A stretch of 64,000 nucleotides of DNA, from the NCBI GenBank assembly GCA_002633005.1, contig NMRA01000098.1:1-64000 (forward strand). Direction: 5' to 3'. Made by a program: the position numbers and the translations under genes. The stretch is from Phoronis australis. Taxonomy: Eukaryota > Animalia > Phoronida. The notes beneath the pieces were generated by a model. The model did no database searches, was not told the origin of the DNA, and saw nothing but the letters and a program-made list of their open reading frames with translations. Below, in pieces: positions 59,499 through 64,000 of the stretch. Every line of letters starts with the position of its first letter. Positions within the stretch are counted from its first letter, which is position 1.

Positions 59499-62400
59499 AT
59501 GATACAACAGAGTGGTGGAATACAACGTTTTGCACTGTTGTGGGCGTTACTTCTCATTTTACAGCAGTTTAACGTTGTTCTTCTCATGAACCTTGCCGAG
59601 TTATCAGGTCATAGCACAATTAAAAATGAGCAGAGGCGATGGAAACAGAGTAGTAGAGGCCTTCCATCCTTACCTGGTGCTTTCCAAAATTCAAACCGTT
59701 CAGATCAAAGTGAACAGCATAACGTGGTAACGAGGTTACAGAAAATCGCAAGTGCAGAGTCGTTCAAACCAAATGCGGCAGAGGGGGCAGAAGGGCTACA
59801 GTCTTCAACACCTGCGCAGGCTGAGCGTCAAAAGCGCTCAGTTGGCGAAGACATGCACAGAGTGATTGAAGCTATCAAAGCAAGTGTAGAGACAATGGAC
59901 AACAGGGACGCTTTTGCAAGGAACGTGTCGACATGGTTGAAATCTTGCCACTCGTACAGAGATCAAAATATTCAGTTCTGGAGAAAGCACGTGGCTATGT
60001 ATCCGTTCTTCCTCGTGACGTTGTCAATGGCGCTGTACGTAACAGGCTGTAGTGAAGAATTGAGAAATCGCTTGCAAGAACTCCTTGGCATAATTGATGC
60101 AAACGACGTGATCGATTTTGTTGAGGACCTCAACATTTTTCAAGTAAAAGACATGATACGCGGCGCCTCAGAGAGAGATTTCATGCACGACGCTGACACG
60201 CCTGAAGCTATGATTAATGCAGAAAGTGAAGAGATCGTGGTTGAAAATTTCAAAAACATCAATCTACTCTCTGAAATCTTTGACAATTTTAACGGCAGAA
60301 GTCGCAGAAGTCATTATGGGCTGCAACCTGTTCTCGATGACATCATTTCTCAATACGAAGTGTTTAAATCCATGTATGGCCACGAAGAGAACGACAGAAC
60401 AAAACGAAATGCTGGCAATCTAAAACGAGAAAATTCGTTGACAATAGACCGAGAGGTGCTCGCGAAAATCTTGGACAAAAGGTTTGTCCAAGATTCTAGT
60501 CAAATTTTATCTAGCTCAATCACCCGTCATGCCCTTAAGCTAATCAATGACCGACTGTTTTCTCAAATTTCCGCACAAACCAATCCTCTACAGAGACGAC
60601 GACGAGCGCTAGATATTGACGACGAAACAGCCAGACCATTTTTTATTAAAAACTCTGCATTTCCGTGTAAATTATTAACAGCTAAAACGTCTGGTGGACA
60701 GCACATCATGTCCATGGAATCCTACAGCGAAGAGGCGTTACAATTGTGGGTTTGGGAAAATGGTCATCTTCGAAACTTCGGTAATAAATTGTACGCTAGC
60801 CTTGAGTCGCAGGTATTGTCAGCTTCAGCACCCTGAATTCCCTTCCGCAAAGTCAGCGACAGGCTTATTGTCGACCGTAAAGCTAACAGGACCTGTTACG
60901 TCTATGCAAAGGTTGCAGGTTTTAGGCTTGAGTTCCTACAAAATTGCCAAGAACCTTCACAGACATGGCATTTTGTACATATTGAGAAGGCAAGAGAAAG
61001 TTTTCAAATGGTTGTTTGCTTGTTTGTCATCCAAAACCGCGATTCTTGCTTAGTTCTAGAACAGAGACAAGACCATCTCAAGTCACGACCGGTGCCACGC
61101 CAGATACACACAAAACAACTGTGGTATTGGGACAATCACCGCATCAGAAACGCGCACTCGCATGTGTACCTTGCCTCCAATAACAGTAAAATGTTTTTGA
61201 CGGACTCGAAGAAACTGGCGTGGTCCTTCAAGGAATTGCTAATCGATGACATCACAAAGGTTACCTTTCCTGGAATCAGTCACACGACGTCGCAGACCAC
61301 TGACAACACAGCTGAAAGGGATTGGGACTTGATTGACTATAGCGATGATGAGAAAATGCGTTGCGGAAGGAACAGGTATTATGTTCTAAAGAATTCCAAA
61401 AAACCCTGTAATGTTTTGTGTGTCGAGAAAATCGACAGCGGGCCATACTGGTCCGCACCTGCGTCTGTCGGAGTGCTTAGTTTCATGGTAGCAACGGTGT
61501 TTGCATTATCCGTCACTGGAGTGTACCATCAAAGACAGAGTAAACAGGCTCCCGCCAAATTCTTGTTCGTAGCCGCCGCTGTCGTTGGCCTGGTTACAGC
61601 CGTAGGCGTAGCATGTGCTGCATTTCTTGGCAAAGTAACGAAACTGATTAAGTTTGAGTTTTTCGACCCGGAAGAGCCACTGTCCTGTTTGTGGTACTCA
61701 CAGAAGGAGAAATTAGTCAACGTTAGACATGGCAACGAACTTAACATAAACAGCAATGAAGCAGAACTAACCCTGAACCCAGGAATGCTTCAAAAACTGA
61801 GAGAAGGAAATTGTTATCTGCATGTCGACGGTGAGCACAGTGTTTCTTGCCAAAATGAACCACCCACGAACTCTACATGGAGTCTTGTGGATTATGATGA
61901 CAATGCGTTTTCGGCGAAGGTCTTCTGCCTGTATGTTTTGCCCCAGAATCAGCCGAGGTGTGAGAACGTGAGACGAACCCGGCAAACGACTGGTGACCAT
62001 GGCGTGGCACATGACAGGCAAACGGCTGGCGACCGTGACGTATTTGAACAGAAGCTGTGGTATTTTCATGGAGACAACTTGGTAAATCTGGAATCTGGTG
62101 ATGTTTTTAATGGCAGCTCATCAGAACAGTCGCCCATAAACTTCATAAATTACATGCAGAACTGTTCAACGTCTCTTTCGTTATTCTTCATTCAAAGCAA
62201 AACTGCCAGTCATAAAATTCTTGGATTTGACAGATCAAAAGGTGATGTGAGCTTCCAGAATTACGACGGCTACAATGTTTTAGATCAACTTTGGTATATC
62301 AAGGAAGGTCATATTGCTAACTATGCCACCGGTTATAAGCTGGTGTTTAATGCCTCGTCAACCACTAAAAGGGTCTTTTTAACTCGTGGAGCTCAATCAG

Positions 62401-64000
62401 ACAAAATGGAGTGGTACACAAAAGACAACAGAATAACTGTTGCCACTGAAAATAAAACGCTTTTCATTGTGGTGGAAACGGTGAATTCAGAGAAACTCAT
62501 AGTAGCAAAGACGGCGTTGTCTGAAGTTGGCCAAATAAACGCGCAGTGGACATTCGTTCCATTTGATGATCAACGTGAATACATACATGAGTTAATTACT
62601 TACTATTTCATTCAGTCACATGATGAACCGTGTGAAGTTCTGACAACCGACAACTCTACAGGTGTGGATGTCGTGTTCACAGCTCCAGTCTCGGACTCAA
62701 AGCTGTATACTCAACTGTGGTTTGCATACATGGGAGAAATCATAAACGTAGGCAGCGGGTGGTCACTAGGTTATGGCGCAGATATCTCTGAGCAAGTGAA
62801 ACTTGTCTCAAATGACCAAACTACTTTCGGTACGAAGTGGATCATACAAGGGAGCACCATCCAGCCAACTATTCTGACAGACAAAGTACTGTCAATCAAC
62901 ACAAACACTGGATTAGTAGAGATAAAAAATAACCGTTCCTTGCCAACGCAGGAATGGAAGATGCTTGAATTTAGCAACGCCTTTGATCAGCCAGAGTCTC
63001 TTTCGTGTTTCAAATACGATCTAAACGATTCGGTGTTTATCAAACATGAAACCATTCCTTGCAAAGTTCTTACTGCATCAGACGACGGATTGTCGATTAC
63101 ATTTCAAGAGTTTAAAGAGTCCATTGTTGCTCGGCAACTATGGTACTTCAAGTATGGCCATTTAGTAAACGTTGAGTTTGGAAGGTCTGTGAATGTTAAC
63201 GACGAAGCAGTGTCTTTGGTAGAGACTAGAAAGTACGATACTCAGCAATACCTCAATAGAAATGGGGCATCTGTTGGCAAGACGTTGAACGGAAAGACAA
63301 TCTGTTCGATATGGCCCGCAAGATCTGATGGTGGGTCGTCTTTAACGTGTAAAACCAACATTTTTTCTCCAGTGAAATGGTCGTTCGTCCAATTAGACGA
63401 TGGATTACAGGACATTGGATCTATCCGCTGCTTGATGTTAATTCAGAGTCGGGTTACGCCGTGTGAGTTCGTAACAGGATATGTCAGTGATGAAAAATAC
63501 GGTACTTTGAAAATACGGCCAATGATAGATGACCTCGTTGATAGTCAGATTTTCTACTGGAGGAATCACAGTTTAGTTCACATGAAAAGTGGTCTAGTAG
63601 CGTCCGAATCTCCCAACGCTTTAACTCTGCAACTGCCTTCACACTCTCACAGCAAGTTTGTCTACCATCCACGTCTTCAGTACATCGCTTTTGCAAACTC
63701 TGATAAGGCAGTAGCATTTGACCCTAATAACGACGGTGTTTTAGTTAAAAAAGACATCAGATATGTCTCAACGCAAAGATGGTCTTTCATTGAGCTGAAT
63801 GATGACACGCATGAAAAGGTAGAAAACTGTCCCGAGCGTTCACAGCCATCCAGGTATTTCTTCATCAAGCATCGAGATCAACCGTGTTTGGTTCTCACAG
63901 GAGCTAATCAGGGTGAATCACCAGAATTCAAAATATTCAAACAGGACAATTTCTATGACCAAGTGTGGTACGTTCATAACAACCAAATTGTCAATGTAGG
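59499..64000 (+). CDS. Large secreted/membrane precursor with tandem ricin-B (beta-trefoil)-like repeats; at least 1500 codons, incomplete at window end, one in-frame TGA at 60834-60836
   Basis: Acceptor ttattacAG (59489) precedes the ATG; N-terminal hydrophobic signal FALLWALLLIL. Manual translation stays open in the same frame from 60837 to 64000. A recurrent unit (F/Y)(F/Y)I(K/Q)xxxxPCxVL...QLW(Y/F)xxxxx(L/I)xN...W(S/T)FV has QxW-type motifs at 60741, 61116, 61686, 62052, 62286, 62712, 63135, 63546 and 63960. Confidence 0.85.

Noticed and set aside
61023-64000. Treating the repeat region as a frameshifted pseudogene or as a gene separate from the 445-aa ORF
   Set aside because: Manual translation shows no frameshift or further stop, and repeat 1 straddles the TGA in the same frame.
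1-64000. Assigning the source species (an invertebrate is suggested by the repeat content)
   Set aside because: No diagnostic marker is readable without a database search.

Overview
Eukaryotic (animal, AT-rich, intron-rich) draft-assembly DNA; no prokaryotic system, CRISPR array, rRNA or tRNA is recognisable. Four protein-coding genes can be built by hand. (1) PIN4/parvulin-14 on the minus strand (1012-9788). (2) Head-to-head with it, an 11-exon RNI-like leucine-rich-repeat gene with three polylysine tracts (11600-22822). (3) A minus-strand single-pass receptor-like gene with 9 FN3 exons (12 as assembled), 2 TSP1 exons, a TM helix and a ~970-aa low-complexity tail (26325 to at least 46807; 5' end unresolved). 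(4) A plus-strand, apparently single-exon reading frame of at least 1500 codons starting at 59499 and running off the window, which the ORF track shows only as a 445-aa ORF. It encodes a signal peptide, a pro-region with four furin-type sites, about 9 ricin-B/beta-trefoil-like repeats and an inserted hydrophobic hairpin, and is interrupted by a single in-frame TGA at 60834. Gene 4 is the most unusual element. Introns and intergenic DNA hold an RNase H-bearing LINE family with oligo-T 3' ends (one copy in a triple nest), a Penelope-like GIY-YIG remnant with a degenerate hammerhead-like motif, a probable solo LTR, several MITE families and minisatellites. Two apparent exon duplications abut assembly Ns exactly and are probably uncollapsed haplotypes. 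All domain calls come from motif reading, not database searches.
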